Assembly: GCF_006345805.1 (NCBI RefSeq)
Contig: NC_043000.1
Span: forward strand, 114,638,001-114,702,000
From: Octopus sinensis
Lineage: Eukaryota
DNA: 64,000 nucleotides
Direction of reading: 5' to 3'
Position numbers and translations under genes: made by a program. Below, piece by piece: positions 50,614-63,851 of this stretch. How positions within the stretch are numbered: the first letter of the stretch is position 1; each line of letters starts with the position of its first letter. Under the pieces are notes generated by a model. It was not told the DNA's origin. It made no database searches and worked only from the letters and a program-made list of their open reading frames with translations.

Positions 50614-50907
50614 ATTTATGTGCCCTTTTCAAGCCTAGCCAGGCTCATGGGCCCGGTTTCCCGGTTTCTGTGGTGTGTGTTCCCCCCGCCACCAGCTGGA
50701 CGGGACGTCATTCCATCGCAGCGTTAACCAAGAAACAGGAAGAAAGAGAGAAAGTTGGGGCGAAAGAGTACAACAGAGGTCGCCACCAGCCCCTGCCCGA
50801 GCTTCGTGGGGCTTTTAGATGTTTTCGCTCAATAAACACACACAATGCCTGGTCTGGGAATCGAAACCGCGAGTCCACTGCCCTAACCACTGGACCATTG
50901 CGCCTCC
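50614..50907 (-). mobile_element. SINE family C, second adjacent copy
   Basis: Collinear with 50064-50370. Confidence 0.85.
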
Positions 50908-51129
50908 TATTATTCTTTTGATGTCGATAAATTAAGAATCAGTGAAGCATCAAGATCCTACCTCCAAATAGAAGAAAGGACGTTTTTATATTTAATCTCA
51001 GGTTTTGTTGTAACTCTTGGAGTCTTGCATGCATAGTGGGCTTGTTGCCTGCAACCCACAATACCATACTATCTGTTCTTTTCAACTATCTAATACTTTC
51101 CACATGATGGTGATGATGATGTTGATTAT

Positions 51130-51572
51130 TGAGTGAGAGCAGTGCATGCCATCAAAGTGACACTGAGATACAAATATACGAAGCCCAATATACCCATCAT
51201 GACTACCCGTCTGATAAGGGTACACCATGTACATGCATCACAGCCATATGTACACCACATCGTGATCTCATATCAAGATAAACAGCGCATGACCTTACAG
51301 GTGGAGCCCAGTAAGAATTTTCTTCGGGTTGAGTAGCCCATCGCACTCAAAAGGTCCCTGAATAAGGGTTGTTTAAGGATGTTGAATGAAACACCCATGT
51401 TTCCAGAGGTGAATTATTGAAATCCCAAAGAATTCTTCTCAAAACATGGCCATGATACTCCCCCACTATTTCTGCTTGGGATCAGAAATGCACGTATCGT
51501 CAGCCAATAAGGGACATGCTCAAATAATTATAGTCAAACAACCGACAAGCAAATTTGTGGTATTGAGCAGAA
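51130..51572 (+). repeat. Family E repeat copy
   Basis: Reverse-complement match to 22260-22640. Confidence 0.65.
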
Positions 51573-51925
51573 TTATTACTCTGCGAAGGCAGAGGTATTG
51601 TTTTCAGTCATGTTTGTTTGTTTGTCTGTGGATAAGAACCGCTAGATGGATTCGGATGAAACTTTCAGGGATGTTTGGCCTCGTGACTGGCATGAACTGA
51701 TTAGATTTTGGGATCAATCTGGTACTGGACAAGGATTCTGGATTATTTTTCCTGTTTTTCTTACTTAATCTTTGAGAGTGGTCTGGTTCATTTTTATTAT
51801 TCTCGTTTGTGAGAGCAGTCGAGTTTATTTCAGATATTCTCATTTTAAAAATCATCTCTGGCTAATCGTTGAGAGGATGTTGGTGCTACCTTAGCTGAGG
51901 TTTGCGCTCTCTGAGTGCTCTTGTT
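51573..51925 (+). mobile_element. Helentron-associated non-autonomous element (HINE/DINE-1-like)
   Basis: TT-flanked; 5' subterminal repeat ACTCTGCGAAGG, GTTT/GTCT microsatellite, 3' counterpart CCTTAGCTGAGGT and terminal palindrome GCGCTCTCTGAGTGC. Confidence 0.65.
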
Positions 51926-51955
51926 GTTATTATTATTATTATTATTATACAAATA

Positions 51956-52206
51956 TTGGGTTGGTGCATAATTATTGTGGTTTTTATTTCAACAAATTTT
52001 ATTCAACAAAATCAATAACATGTAACAAAAACATCTTTAAATGATTATTCCGGTGCATATTCACCATCTACTTCCATTACTGCTTCCCATTTGCTTGGCA
52101 GACAGTCAGACCATCATTTAAAGATGTTTTTGTTAAATATTGTTATTGTTTTTGTTGAATAAAATTTGTTGAAAAAAAAAGCCACAATAATTATGCACCA
52201 ACCCAG
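51956..52206. mobile_element. Mariner-type MITE, copy 1
   Basis: TA|TTGGGTTGGTGCATAATT...AATTATGCACCAACCCAG|TA. Confidence 0.85.
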
Positions 52207-52348
52207 TATATATGTGTGTGTATGTATGTATATACTTAAATGTTTCAGCTGCAAAGCTGCGGTCATACTGGAGCACCACCACTGACTGAGCTACACCATT
52301 ATTTGGGACATTCTGTAATATGTGGCATTTATTATTATTATACAAATA

Positions 52349-52584
52349 TTGGGTTGGTGCATAATTATTGTGGCTTTTTTTCAACAAATTTTATTCAGTA
52401 AAATCAATAACAACATGTAACAAAAACATCTTTAATGATTATTCCGGAGCATATTCACCATCTACTTCCATTACTGCTTCCCATTTAGTTGGCAGACGGT
52501 CAGACCATCATTTAAAGATGTTTTTGTTAAATATTGTTATTGTTTTTGTTGAAAAAAAACTGCAATAATTATGCACCAACCCAG
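52349..52584. mobile_element. Mariner-type MITE, copy 2
   Basis: Same TIRs and interior as copy 1. Confidence 0.85.
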
Positions 52585-52677
52585 ATATTGCTGGAGTGGA
52601 GTTTGTTTTTTTTTCTAATTTTGATATATGTATTATTTACATTTAGAATTTTAAATATTTTAAGTAGTTGTCAGTTA

Positions 52678-53165
52678 TTCTTTTACTTGTTTTGGTCATT
52701 GACTGTGGCCATGCTGGAGCAAAACATTGAAGGTTCTTTCATGATTAAATCACTTCAGCACTTATTTTATCTCTCTCTTTTTGTTGAAGCACAAAAGCCG
52801 TCATGGGGAGACGAAAAACAAATAAAAGCCAACACAAAATATCAAGCAGTGAGGTGTACACACACATAAACACACACATGCACACACGTAAGCACACTCA
52901 CGCACACACACAAGCATATGCCTGCGCTCACACAAGTGTGTGCACAGACACACATAAGCAAATATGCACATGCACATATGCAAGCATGCACGCGTATACA
53001 CTCATGCACATGCGCACACACACACAAAGACCAACTTTCTGCACAGTTTTTCCATCTGTCAACTCCACTCACAAGACATTGGTCAGCCAAAGAATTTAGA
53101 AGACACGTCCCCAACATGCCACACAGTGGGCTGAACCCAAAGCCATGAGCTTGGGAAACGAACTT
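52678..53165 (-). mobile_element. Diverged SINE family B
   Basis: Degenerate head and tail motifs with an expanded CA spacer. Confidence 0.65.
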
Positions 53166-53689
53166 CTTAACTCTCCAACCCAGGTCTGTTTAAAAACAAA
53201 ACACAAAAACATTTTCCAAGTTTTTTTTTTTTTAGTTTTCAACTTTTTATTTTATTTTAAAAATTTCCACTTTTTCCTTTTTTTTTATCATTTTTATTTT
53301 TTTTAAGTTAGTTTTTTTTTTTATTTGATTTCCAAATTATTGTTTTATATAAAAAGAACTGATATAAAAAGAGAAGAAAATATATATAGGAAAATAAAAA
53401 GTTGATGGGAGACTTAATGAGACTGACAAAGACATAGTGATATGTTAGAGATTAATGAGAATTAATTAAACACACAGACACACAGTATAATTAATAATTG
53501 CATTATATAAAAAAAAAAATTAATCCCTAAAATAAATATAACTATATAATTAGAATTTCAAATATTTTTTACTGATAATAATTATAAATCTGGCCACAAA
53601 GGCACACATTGGAAAGGAGCAATGTCTTATCATAATTCCACCCACATCTGAGATGCTTTATAAAGAATATATCGACTCATTCTGGTATT

Positions 53690-54589
53690 TGTTTCATCAC
53701 CACAGCAGGAATGAAAGGCAAAAACCGACACAAACAGGATTTCAACTCAGTAAAATTGGGACGTAACTAAACACCACAAGGTATTCTGTCCGTCACCAAT
53801 TCTAATTTTCACTGCCCTTTACAATAAAGGTTGCTAACTTAGGCACAAGAATACTAATTTATGGGACAAGTTATAGTCAAATGCATCGAGAGCCCAGGAG
53901 GATTAAAAGCAAAGTTGACCACAGTGAGATCTGATCTCAGAATGTAAAGAGTCAGGAGAAATTCTGCAAAGCACTTTTCCAAGATTATGACAATTCTGTC
54001 ACTCACCGTCCAATAATAATAATAACAACAATAATAATAATAATGGTTTCAAATTTTGCCACAAGGGCAGCAGTTTGGGGGTAGGGGTTGAGTCAGTTAC
54101 ATCAACCCCAGTGGTTCACTGGTACTTAATTTATCGACCCCAAAAGGATGAAAAGGTAAAGTCGACCTCGGCAGAATTTGAACTCAAAACACAGCAATGA
54201 GCGAAATACTGCTAAGCATTTCATCCAGCGTGCTAATAGTTTTGCCAACTTGCAGAATAATAATAATAATCCTTTCTATTATAGGCACAAGGCCTGAAAT
54301 TGGTGGGGGAGGACTAATTGATCACATCGACCCCAGTGTTTCACTGGTGCTTAATTTATCACCCTCAAAAGGATAATAATAATCCTTTCTATTATAGGCA
54401 CAAGGCCTGAAATTTGGGGGAGGGGGATAGTTGATACATACCAGTACCCAACTGGTATGTGGTTTATCAACCCCAAAAGAATGAAAGGCAAAGTCGACCG
54501 CAGCGGAATTTGAACTCAGAACATAGCGACAGACAAAATACTGCCAAGCATTTCATCCAGCATGCTAACGATTCTGCCAGCTCACTGCC

Positions 54590-54592
<3 letters not shown>
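53690..54592 (-). mobile_element. Cluster of about five old SINE A copies in the same orientation
   Basis: Repeated variants of AAAGGATGAAAGGCAAAGTCGACC...TTTGAACTCAGAA, separated by AAT tracts. Confidence 0.75.
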
Positions 54593-54623
<31 letters not shown>

Positions 54624-55058
54624 AATAATGTAGGTGATGGTAATGATGATGATGATAGTGATAACTGGCCAAATGTTAAAGAATAAGAGAAAAGTGTAAA
54701 AATGTTTCATATGTTAAGCAAGTCCTCCACCCATCACCATCACATTGTATTCTCTATGTATTAATGTTTGACATAATTATTGAGAGCAGAAATTTAGAGG
54801 GTAAAGAGAAAGGGCAGGGGACAGGTATCTCTGTCATCTGAGGCGTTCCTGAAGTTAACTTCTTGTAAGAAGAGGTGCCGGGTGTTGAAGGGTTTTGTGG
54901 TGGTAGTCGTGGGGGGAATGGCTGTTGATGTGTTCACGCCCGTCCAGTGAGTCATCTAATGGGAGGTAACTTCTCAAAATGTTTACACACGCATGCACAC
55001 ACACACACATTTATCCACTATATATATATACAGACACATATATATACATATATATATC

Positions 55059-55117
<59 letters not shown>

Positions 55118-55789
55118 CATACATTACATACATACATATATATGTATGTATGTATGTATGTATATATTTGTACACAGGCATACCAGAAACATTACACAAC
55201 TATTTACACATGCATACTATACCCACACAAATACATTTATAAAATAATATATATATTTATTTAAATTCCAGTTCATGATATATCATATACATACATTAAT
55301 ATTTATACATACACACACACACACATTCATTCTACACATACATACCTATGTATGTATGTATGTATGTATGTATGTATGTATGTATGTATGTATGTGTAAT
55401 AATTCTACAGATGTATAAAGGCATGTTCACATGAGAGATGAAGGACAGATAACTCAGTTAAAAAAAAAAATGTTATTCCTTCCATTTCAAAGGGCACTTC
55501 ATTTGAGAATTGACAACGAAGACGTTTACAACATAACATCACACAGAAGAACACAATGATGATGATGATGATGATAATGAAGATGACGACGATAATGATG
55601 ATGTTGACGGCAATGGTGGCGTAAAATACATTTAAAAGATGAACGCACCCCCCTTCAAAATAACAAGAATGAAACTCACAACAGCATCATTAACATTCTT
55701 ATAATTACCATAATAACCATTTATGGAATTTGCACAAAGGCCACAGAGAGAAATAGTTTCGTTGAGTTCATTTCCCAGTACATATATAT

Positions 55790-55811
55790 ATACACACACA
55801 CACACATACAT

Positions 55812-55878
<67 letters not shown>

Positions 55879-56064
55879 CATATACAGATATACATATATA
55901 TATACATACATACATATATAAATACATACATACATATATATATACATATACATACATTACATACATATATATACATATATATATTATACATACATATATA
56001 TACATATATATATATATACATATATATATACATATATATATATATATAATACATATATATATAT

Positions 56065-56098
<34 letters not shown>

Positions 56099-56124
56099 AC
56101 ATATATATATATACATATATACAC

Positions 56125-56160
<36 letters not shown>

Positions 56161-56161
56161 A

Positions 56162-56193
<32 letters not shown>

Positions 56194-56330
56194 CATACAT
56201 ACATACATACATATACATACATATACATACATACATATACATATATATAATATATATATATACATACATACATATACATATACATATATATATAATATAT
56301 ATATACATACATACATATACATATATACAT

Positions 56331-56397
<67 letters not shown>

Positions 56398-56440
56398 CAT
56401 ATACATATATAGATATATGTATATATATATATATATATAT
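55790..56440. repeat. TA/TACA microsatellite
   Basis: Direct inspection. Confidence 0.95.
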
Positions 56441-56765
56441 GATTGATATTTATGATGTTTACAACAATTTCTAACATAGCCCACACAGGGCCACAAAATC
56501 TATTGTGGAGCAACAGTCGGTTCTATTGACCCCAATACATCACTGGTACTTATTTTATAAACTCCAAAAAGAATCAAAGGCAAGGTGACTGTGGAGACAT
56601 TACAACGCCAGACGTAAAGAACTGACAATAAATACTGAATGGTGTTTTGTCTGCCTGTGTATCTTCTGCCTACAGTATCTTCATTATATCAGTATTGACA
56701 CGGGTTCGTTAATTAGTTAAAAAAATCCAAATTATTTAAAGGAAAGGAAGACACAGATATATATA

Positions 56766-57006
56766 CAGGGTGTTCAAAAAGTCTTTCCGCAGTGACATTT
56801 TTATCCTGATTCTCCAAGATGTATTTCAAAACACGTGTAGAAGAGTCAACTTATGTATTGAAAATGAAGGACAACACTTTCAACACCTTATAAAATTTTT
56901 TAAAGTCTTGTAAAGTCTAATATATTCTTTTGTAGTCTTATACCATCTTATAAGCATTCATTTTGCAATAAAATACTTACTGCAGAGAGACTTTTTGAAC
57001 ACCCTG
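56766..57006. mobile_element. Tc1/mariner MITE, 241 bp
   Basis: TA|CAGGGTGTTCAAAAAGTC...GACTTTTTGAACACCCTG|TA. Confidence 0.9.
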
Positions 57007-57018
57007 TATGAGTGCATG

Positions 57019-57076
<58 letters not shown>

Positions 57077-57336
57077 TTATTTATTTATTTATATATAATA
57101 TATATATACACACACACACACAGATATACACACACTCACACACACATATATATATAAAATTAATATAAAGAGCTAGGCGCAATGTAATACCATAAAGGAA
57201 AACTTTAATCCTCACTACGTGTGGCTAAGGATGCCAAAACACCTACATTGCTAGAAATAAGAGTTAAAATACTCTGAATGCTGTAAGAAGAGTGCAATAT
57301 ACACAATTACTGACAGGGGAGGTGGTTTTTCTAATT

Positions 57337-57368
<32 letters not shown>

Positions 57369-57677
57369 TGTACATGTGAACGCAAGTATGTGTGTGTAAT
57401 TTACAGTTATTATTTGAATGTTTTGAAACATGGTTAAGAACAGCACATTCACTGATGAGCAGATTCAATACAGAAGACAGAGTAAAACTTATTATCCCAA
57501 CAGCTCGTTCAAGGCCATCATAATTATTTCTATAATATATCTGTGTGTGTGTGTAACAACCATGAAGCTAATAAGACAAAGGATTAAACAATTATATTAT
57601 GGACTTCATAAGCTAATGAAATTCATAACATAACTGTTTATTCTTTTGACATCCCAATTTTTTATATATATGTATGA

Positions 57678-57727
<50 letters not shown>

Positions 57728-57729
57728 TG

Positions 57730-57761
<32 letters not shown>

Positions 57762-58329
57762 TATTTCGTTTTTGCATTCAATTTGCAAGATTTTTTATGT
57801 AAAATCATGTTGAAACAAAAGTTGTGTCTGGGGATGGTCATCACCCCAGTAACACATGCACAGGTTCAGTTTCACTTCTTTATTCTTATTATTATTAACC
57901 AACAATAAAGAAGTGGAACTGAGCTTGTACACGTGTTATTATTGTCATAATGACACTCCTAAGACATAACAAAAAATATATATGCGCATATATTATATAT
58001 GTGTGTGTGTGTGTGTGTGTGTATGTGTGCATAGATGAAGTATTGTTTAACTAGCCTTTGTATGTCAGTAAGTCCTGGAGAAAATGGGTTATGAGGCAGA
58101 GATCTGAGGTGCTTGTCAGTAACTAATTAAGCCCTATTGACTTCAGTGTGAGGAATTTGGGCGATGATGTGGGGACGTTAATGCCGGTTCTGAAGCCAGT
58201 AGTGAAAACATGAAGTGAAATGAAGACAACAAAGGGGATGGGGTGGGAGTAGGGTAACAAACCAACTCCATCAACACAACATCTCTGGATCGCAGAGGCT
58301 TGCCATCTGCTTATCACACTTGTCGTCCT

Positions 58330-58536
58330 AGTTACACACACACCTATACGGGGTATATGTAAATATATTTATACACACAGAAACGGATGTATATACAGAA
58401 ACATATAGACAGAGATAGAAAAATATAAACAAACAACAAATATATATGTGTATATATATATATACACACATGTACATATATATGCAGATATATGTGTGTA
58501 TGTGTGTATATATATATATGAATATGTATGTATATA

Positions 58537-58588
<52 letters not shown>

Positions 58589-58600
58589 TACATATACACG

Positions 58601-58632
<32 letters not shown>

Positions 58633-58667
58633 ATATATATATATACACACATACATATACACGTGTG

Positions 58668-58718
<51 letters not shown>

Positions 58719-58838
58719 TATATATACACACATGTATGAATAAATACATAAATATAGATATATATATTACATGTATTACATCTATATATATACATATATA
58801 TATTACATGTATTATATCTATATATACATATATATATA

Positions 58839-58918
<80 letters not shown>

Positions 58919-58919
58919 A

Positions 58920-58950
<31 letters not shown>

Positions 58951-58970
58951 CATTCACATACACACACACA
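58330..58970. repeat. TA/CA microsatellite
   Basis: Direct inspection. Confidence 0.95.
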
Positions 58971-59154
58971 GTTTGTATGTCTACAATGAATCTAATTCAC
59001 ACAAATAATCCTCATTTGCATGTATATAATTCAGAGCGATTTTAATGAGTGTCGTTAGGTTCAGATTCATTACATAGGCTGTTTGGTTGTGGAAGTTGTA
59101 ACAGTGATGGTGTTGGTTGTAGTAGTAGTAGTAGTAGTAGTGTTGGTATTGTTG

Positions 59155-59660
59155 TTAGTGGCAGTGGTGGTGATGGTGGTAGTAGTAGAGGTACTGGTTG
59201 CCATGGTAATAACATAGGCTGTTTATGGTTGTAATAGCTGTAGTAACAGTAGTGTTGGTGATAGTAATAGTGGTGTTAGTGGTGGTGGTTGTATAACAAT
59301 AGTGGTGTGGGGGTGGGTGTTTGGGTGTGGTTAGAGCAGAGGAGTTTCTTGTATAACAAAGAGGAAATGGTTGGGGGGGGGACAAAAAAAAACTGTGAAG
59401 GGGGGAGTGGGTAACTGTTCTGATGTGGTTTATTGAATGTCTCAAGGAACCGGCAGAGACCTGCTTGACTTGTTTCAAGTTAAAGAAAAAATCTTGTGGA
59501 CAACGTGAGTAGGGGAAGGCGAGGAAGGAAGACGGATGTTGGACAGGTGACCTGGTCATTGCACCAATGAGATTTTCAGGTTTCAGGGTTTTGGTTGCGA
59601 ATGATTGTGAAATGTAGGGGGGGGGTAGTTTTTGTCTTAAAAGTTTTTGTTTTGTAGATT
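59155..59660 (-). CDS. Candidate coding exon of an unidentified host gene (3' boundary unknown)
   Basis: Acceptor tttgtttatttttttttag; phase-1 frame open from the acceptor: STKQKLLRQKLPPPYISQSF...QDFFFNLKQV; the distal part is low complexity. Confidence 0.4.
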
Positions 59661-59932
59661 CTAAAAAAAAATAAACAAAGTAACAGCAGCAGTAGCAGCA
59701 GCAGCAGCAGACTCAAACTGAAGAAGTTCCTGGATCATGTTGTTATTGTTGTTGTTTAACCCTAGGCTATACCAGAGCTAACAGCCCTATGATCAAAAAT
59801 ATTCTGGCTGTGACCATGTGGTCTTTTATTCAGGACTGCATCATTTCATGTGTCCTCCATGTTTTTGAAAAACAGCAGAATATGAGTTGAGGAAGATTGT
59901 TGTTATTTCTAGCAAGTTAAATACCCACCCAC

Positions 59933-60028
59933 TGGGCGCCTCAATGAATTCAGGACAATCTAAGAAGTGGATGTTATATGAATGTTCCTTATTAATTTCT
60001 AATGTACAGGTATCTCTTCCATCACACT
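59933..60028 (-). CDS. Weak candidate 96-nt symmetric phase-1 exon
   Basis: tactgtttacag|AG TGT GAT...GCG CCC A|gtgggt, encoding ECDGRDTCTLEINKEHSYNIHFLDCPEFIEAP. Confidence 0.28.
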
Positions 60029-60530
60029 CTGTAAACAGTATCATTCAGACAGGTAGAAATGCACTGATTTGTGTAAACCAGAAATGTCCAGTTAATTTAC
60101 TTTCGAATCTGCCCATTATTCATTATTCCGATTTCTAATCTCAGAAGATGTAGTGAGTTGGTATAAGGAAGTCCATTAGTCAGAAATTAGGGTCATTTAT
60201 TCTGAAAATGCTGTGAACCGTGAATCTATTAGAAACAAAACAGGTGTAATATTGTTTCTGTGTGCGATAGAAAACTTGTCGTACACAAGGTGTGTAACAT
60301 GTATGGAGACCCACAACAATTGGAGCAGAATTGAGTGTAAGAAGTAAGGAGAGAAAAGATATAGTGGGTGGTGGTGGTTGTGGTTGCGGTAGTGGTAGTG
60401 GCTGTGGTGGTGGTGGTGGTGATGGTGGTGGTAGTGGTGGAAAAAGTAATGGTGATGGTTGGTTGTGTTAGTAGTGGTAGCTGCAGTGATGCACAGGGAG
60501 AAGAAGATCAGTGCCTTTCTAGGCTGTTAC

Positions 60531-60969
60531 TCAGGAAATAAACTTGGCAACCAGTGAACCGTCGCACATCTGCAGCAGACGTTGGAATCGGTCCTTGAAG
60601 GTAGTAATGTTCTGTGTTGTAGAAAGTGGCATGGACCTTGCCACAGTAACGCCAGCATCTAAATCATACATTGAGTTAGTGTCAACGTAAGATTGATTCT
60701 GGTTTGGTTGGTAAGCGTAGTTGCGGTCAGTAACGGGGCCAGAGTTGTGTGGGTGGTATTGTAAGGAATGCGACTGATCAGAGTTCTTTTCAGGCCCAAA
60801 TACAGCCTCATTAATTCGCTCTTTAGCTCCACATGTTAAAGAAATGCCTGGAGGACTGTTAGTCAGCTTGTAGGAGTTGATTTCGGCAAGAAGTTGCTTG
60901 AAATGGTTGGACATTTCTTCATTAAACAGCCGTCCATGCTTAATGTGCCGGTTGAAAAGCAGTAAAGCA
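60531..60969 (-). CDS. Probable coding exon of an unidentified host gene
   Basis: Strong acceptor tttcgtttctttctcttcacag; only one frame is open (ALLLFNRHIKHGRLFNEEMSNHFKQLLAEINSYK...), 145 codons of non-repetitive sequence; ends at TGA 60531 or at an internal donor such as G|gttcac at 60560. Confidence 0.65.
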
Positions 60970-61104
60970 CTGTGAAGAGAAAGAAACGAAAGTCATTAGA
61001 TTATCATTCCAGAAGAAAAACAGATTAAATATAGAAGAAAGAGAGAGAGAGAGCAAGAGAGAGAGGTTGTTGTTACATAATTACATCAAATGATACTTTC
61101 TAGT

Positions 61105-61146
<42 letters not shown>

Positions 61147-61297
61147 AAATAAAAAAAATGAACAAACACAAAAAACAACAACGCAAGGATGTGGTACATG
61201 TAAAGTATTAGCAGATATTATATATATATATTGGTAAAAACGGTAAGATAACAAAAGAAAGAAAGAGACCTCAATATTATGTAAATAGAGGAAATTT

Positions 61298-61478
61298 ATC
61301 TGTAAAATGATATGACAATTATTCGGTAGCCAAGATAAAACTCTGAGTTTTGGATGCCAATGTGGAAATCCACAACACCATCTCTTCGGTTATCTGGCCA
61401 TCTGAAAAAAGCGTCGGCATCCAAAACTCAGAGTTTTATCTTGGCTATTGAATAATAGTCACATATTATTTTACAGAT
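61298..61478. repeat. Hairpin/MITE-like element with about 60-bp inverted arms, TA flanked
   Basis: TAGCCAAGATAAAACTCTGAGTTTTGGATGCC versus GGCATCCAAAACTCAGAGTTTTATCTTGGCTA, perfect over 32 bp. Confidence 0.85.
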
Positions 61479-61511
61479 ATATATATATAAATATATATAT
61501 AATAAAAAAAT

Positions 61512-61752
61512 AAATGCACCCATTTAAAGCCTAGCCAGGCTCATGGGCCCGGTTTCAATGGCGTATGTGTTCCCCAACTGGATGGGATGCCAGTCCATCG
61601 CAGCGTTACTCATTTTTGCCAGCTGAGTGAACTGGAGCAATGTGAAATGAAGTAATTTGCTCAAGAACACAACGAGTCGCCCATTCCAGGAATCAAAACC
61701 ACAATCTTACGATCATGGTATTGACACCCTAACCACTAAGCCACGTGCCTCC
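61512..61752 (-). mobile_element. Chimeric SINE: D-type head and CORE-like domain with V-like domain and C-type tail
   Basis: Head matches 35560-35700; tail matches 50064-50170. Confidence 0.75.
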
Positions 61753-62419
61753 ACACACACACACTTACATATATATATATTCCTGGGTGCTCCTTACATG
61801 GCACCAGCACCTCACTGATGCTGGCACCCCTCAACTAAGAAGGATAGTGGTATTGAGGAAGGTGGCTTTATGTTAGGTGATGAAAGGTTAAAGTATGATA
61901 GACTAACAGAAACAGGTGCCCTTGCTGTAGAGAAGAACAGGAGTTACCTGAGAGAGAAGAGGTAGAGGGAGAGAGAGAAAGAAGGAGAAATGTTGGTGTA
62001 GGTGTACCTGAGTGTAGCCTCAAGGTAGAAGGAGGTAAATGTAAATGGAGTGGTACAAAGGATTGGTCAGGGTGAGCAAGGAAGGAGATCAGAAGAGTGT
62101 AAAAGGAGGGCGGGAGAGGGGGAAAGAGAAGGGGGACGCAGTGAGCAGTGGATACGGGTGTATAGGGGAGTAACAGGAAAGCAATGATACAGTTGGCAAG
62201 AGGACGACAAGAGAGAGGGAGATGAGATGGCAAGCAGCATTGGGTTGCAGAAGCCAGGGGCCAGAGACAAGGGTCATACATGACGAGATGTAGTTTGGTT
62301 CATTGGAGCAGGGGTGAGGATGAATTTATGTAGCATGTGGGTGGAGAACACAAAATACACAGTGATCCCAGTTTCACTGAGGTGGGAAGGTTTTCTCCAG
62401 GACCTCATACCTATTTCTT

Positions 62420-62853
62420 TACTACCCACAGGGGGCTAAACACAGCGAGGACAAACAAGAATAGACAAATGGATTAAGTCGATTATTTCGACCCCAGTGC
62501 GTAACTAGTACTTATTTAATTGACCCCGAAAGGATGAAAGGCAAAGTCGACCTCGGCGGAATTCGAACTTACAACGTAAAGACAGACAAAGTACGGCTAA
62601 GAATTTTGCCTAGCGTGCTAACGTTTCTTATTTCTGTATTGCCCACAAGGGGCTAAACACAAAAGGGACAAACAAGGACAAACAAGTGGATTAAGTCGAT
62701 TATATCGACCCCAGTGCGTAACTGGTACTTATTTAATCAACCCCAAATGGATGAAAGGCAAAGTCGACCTCGGCAGAATTTGAACTCAGAACGTAGTGGC
62801 AGACAAAACATTGCTAAGCATTTCGGCCGGCATGCTAACGTTTCTGCCAGCTC
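62420..62853 (-). mobile_element. SINE family A dimer
   Basis: Two tandem units joined at GAAATA|AGAAACGTTAG. Confidence 0.85.
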
Positions 62854-62855
62854 AT

Positions 62856-63300
62856 ACCCCAGTCTGTTGTCATCTCTATGAGATTCAACATCGTCAGATC
62901 AGCCCTCATTACTTCATGCTATCATTTCTTGGGTCTCCCTTTTCTGAAGTTCCATCTGCTTTAAGTAACTGGCAAGCTGTTCTCATTCATATGTATCACA
63001 TGACCATTGACCATTGACCACTGACCATTGCAGTCTTCTCTCTCTCATGTTGATTCTCATTCCTCTTATCCCCAGCTTTTCTTTCAACACATTCACATTT
63101 CGTTGTCCACACCGATGTTGCACATCCACCAGAGCATACTAATTTCATTCCTCTCCAATTTCCACATGCCCGCTGCATTCAGAGCCCACATCCTACTACC
63201 ATAAGGCATTGCTGTTCATATACAAGCATCATACCTTCACTCTGTGAGGGAGGCCTTTTGTTGCCAACAAAGGTAATTGGTCTTTGAACTCTCTCCATTC
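62856..63300 (-). mobile_element. Decayed RTE-type LINE 3' fragment
   Basis: LPLLATKGL...NVLKEKLGIRG...RERRLQW..GHV...KGRPKK..EVMRADL..LNL. Confidence 0.7.
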
Positions 63301-63357
63301 TATTCTTATTCTAGTAATTATACTTTCTGAACATCTTCTACTGATAATTTGGTCACC

Positions 63358-63740
63358 TTTACTCTTTTACTTGTTTCAGTCATTTGACTGCAGCCATGCT
63401 GGAGCACCGCCTTTAGTTGAGCAAATCGACCCCAAGACTTATTCTTTGTAAGCCTAGTACTTAGTCTATCGGTCTCTTTTGCCGAAACGCTAAGTCATGG
63501 GGACGTAAACACACCAGCATTGGTTGTCAAGCAATGTTGGGGGGACAAACACACACACACATATATATACATATATACGACAAACTTCTTTCAGTTTTCG
63601 TCAACCAAGTCCACTCACAAGGCATTGGTCGACCCGAGGCTATATTAGAAGATACTTGCCCAAGGTACCACGCAGTGGGACTGAACCCGGAACCATGTGG
63701 TTGGTAAGCATGCTACTTACCACATAGCCACTCCTGCGCC
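63358..63740 (-). mobile_element. SINE family B, full length
   Basis: Complete head-to-tail match. Confidence 0.9.
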
Positions 63741-63851
63741 TAACAAAAATTATCTACAGCCTCTAGGGAGCATCCTGGGCATTTCAGAAAATCTAATTCC
63801 TCTTTGTCCTTTGTGCTTATTGTTCCTGTGCATCTTTCTCTGTTCACCTAC

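Noticed and set aside
55660-55700. Possible 18-nt minus-strand microexon with a gtgagt donor
   Set aside because: The acceptor has no polypyrimidine tract; only the donor is convincing.
59049-59320. Gly/Ser/Thr/His-rich ORFs (also 60360-60480 and 2560-2900)
   Set aside because: GGT/AGT/CAC low-complexity sequence; not counted as independent evidence of coding.
60531-60533. TGA as selenocysteine or readthrough
   Set aside because: No SECIS recognised and the downstream sequence is a GGT low-complexity tract; a stop codon or an earlier splice donor is simpler.
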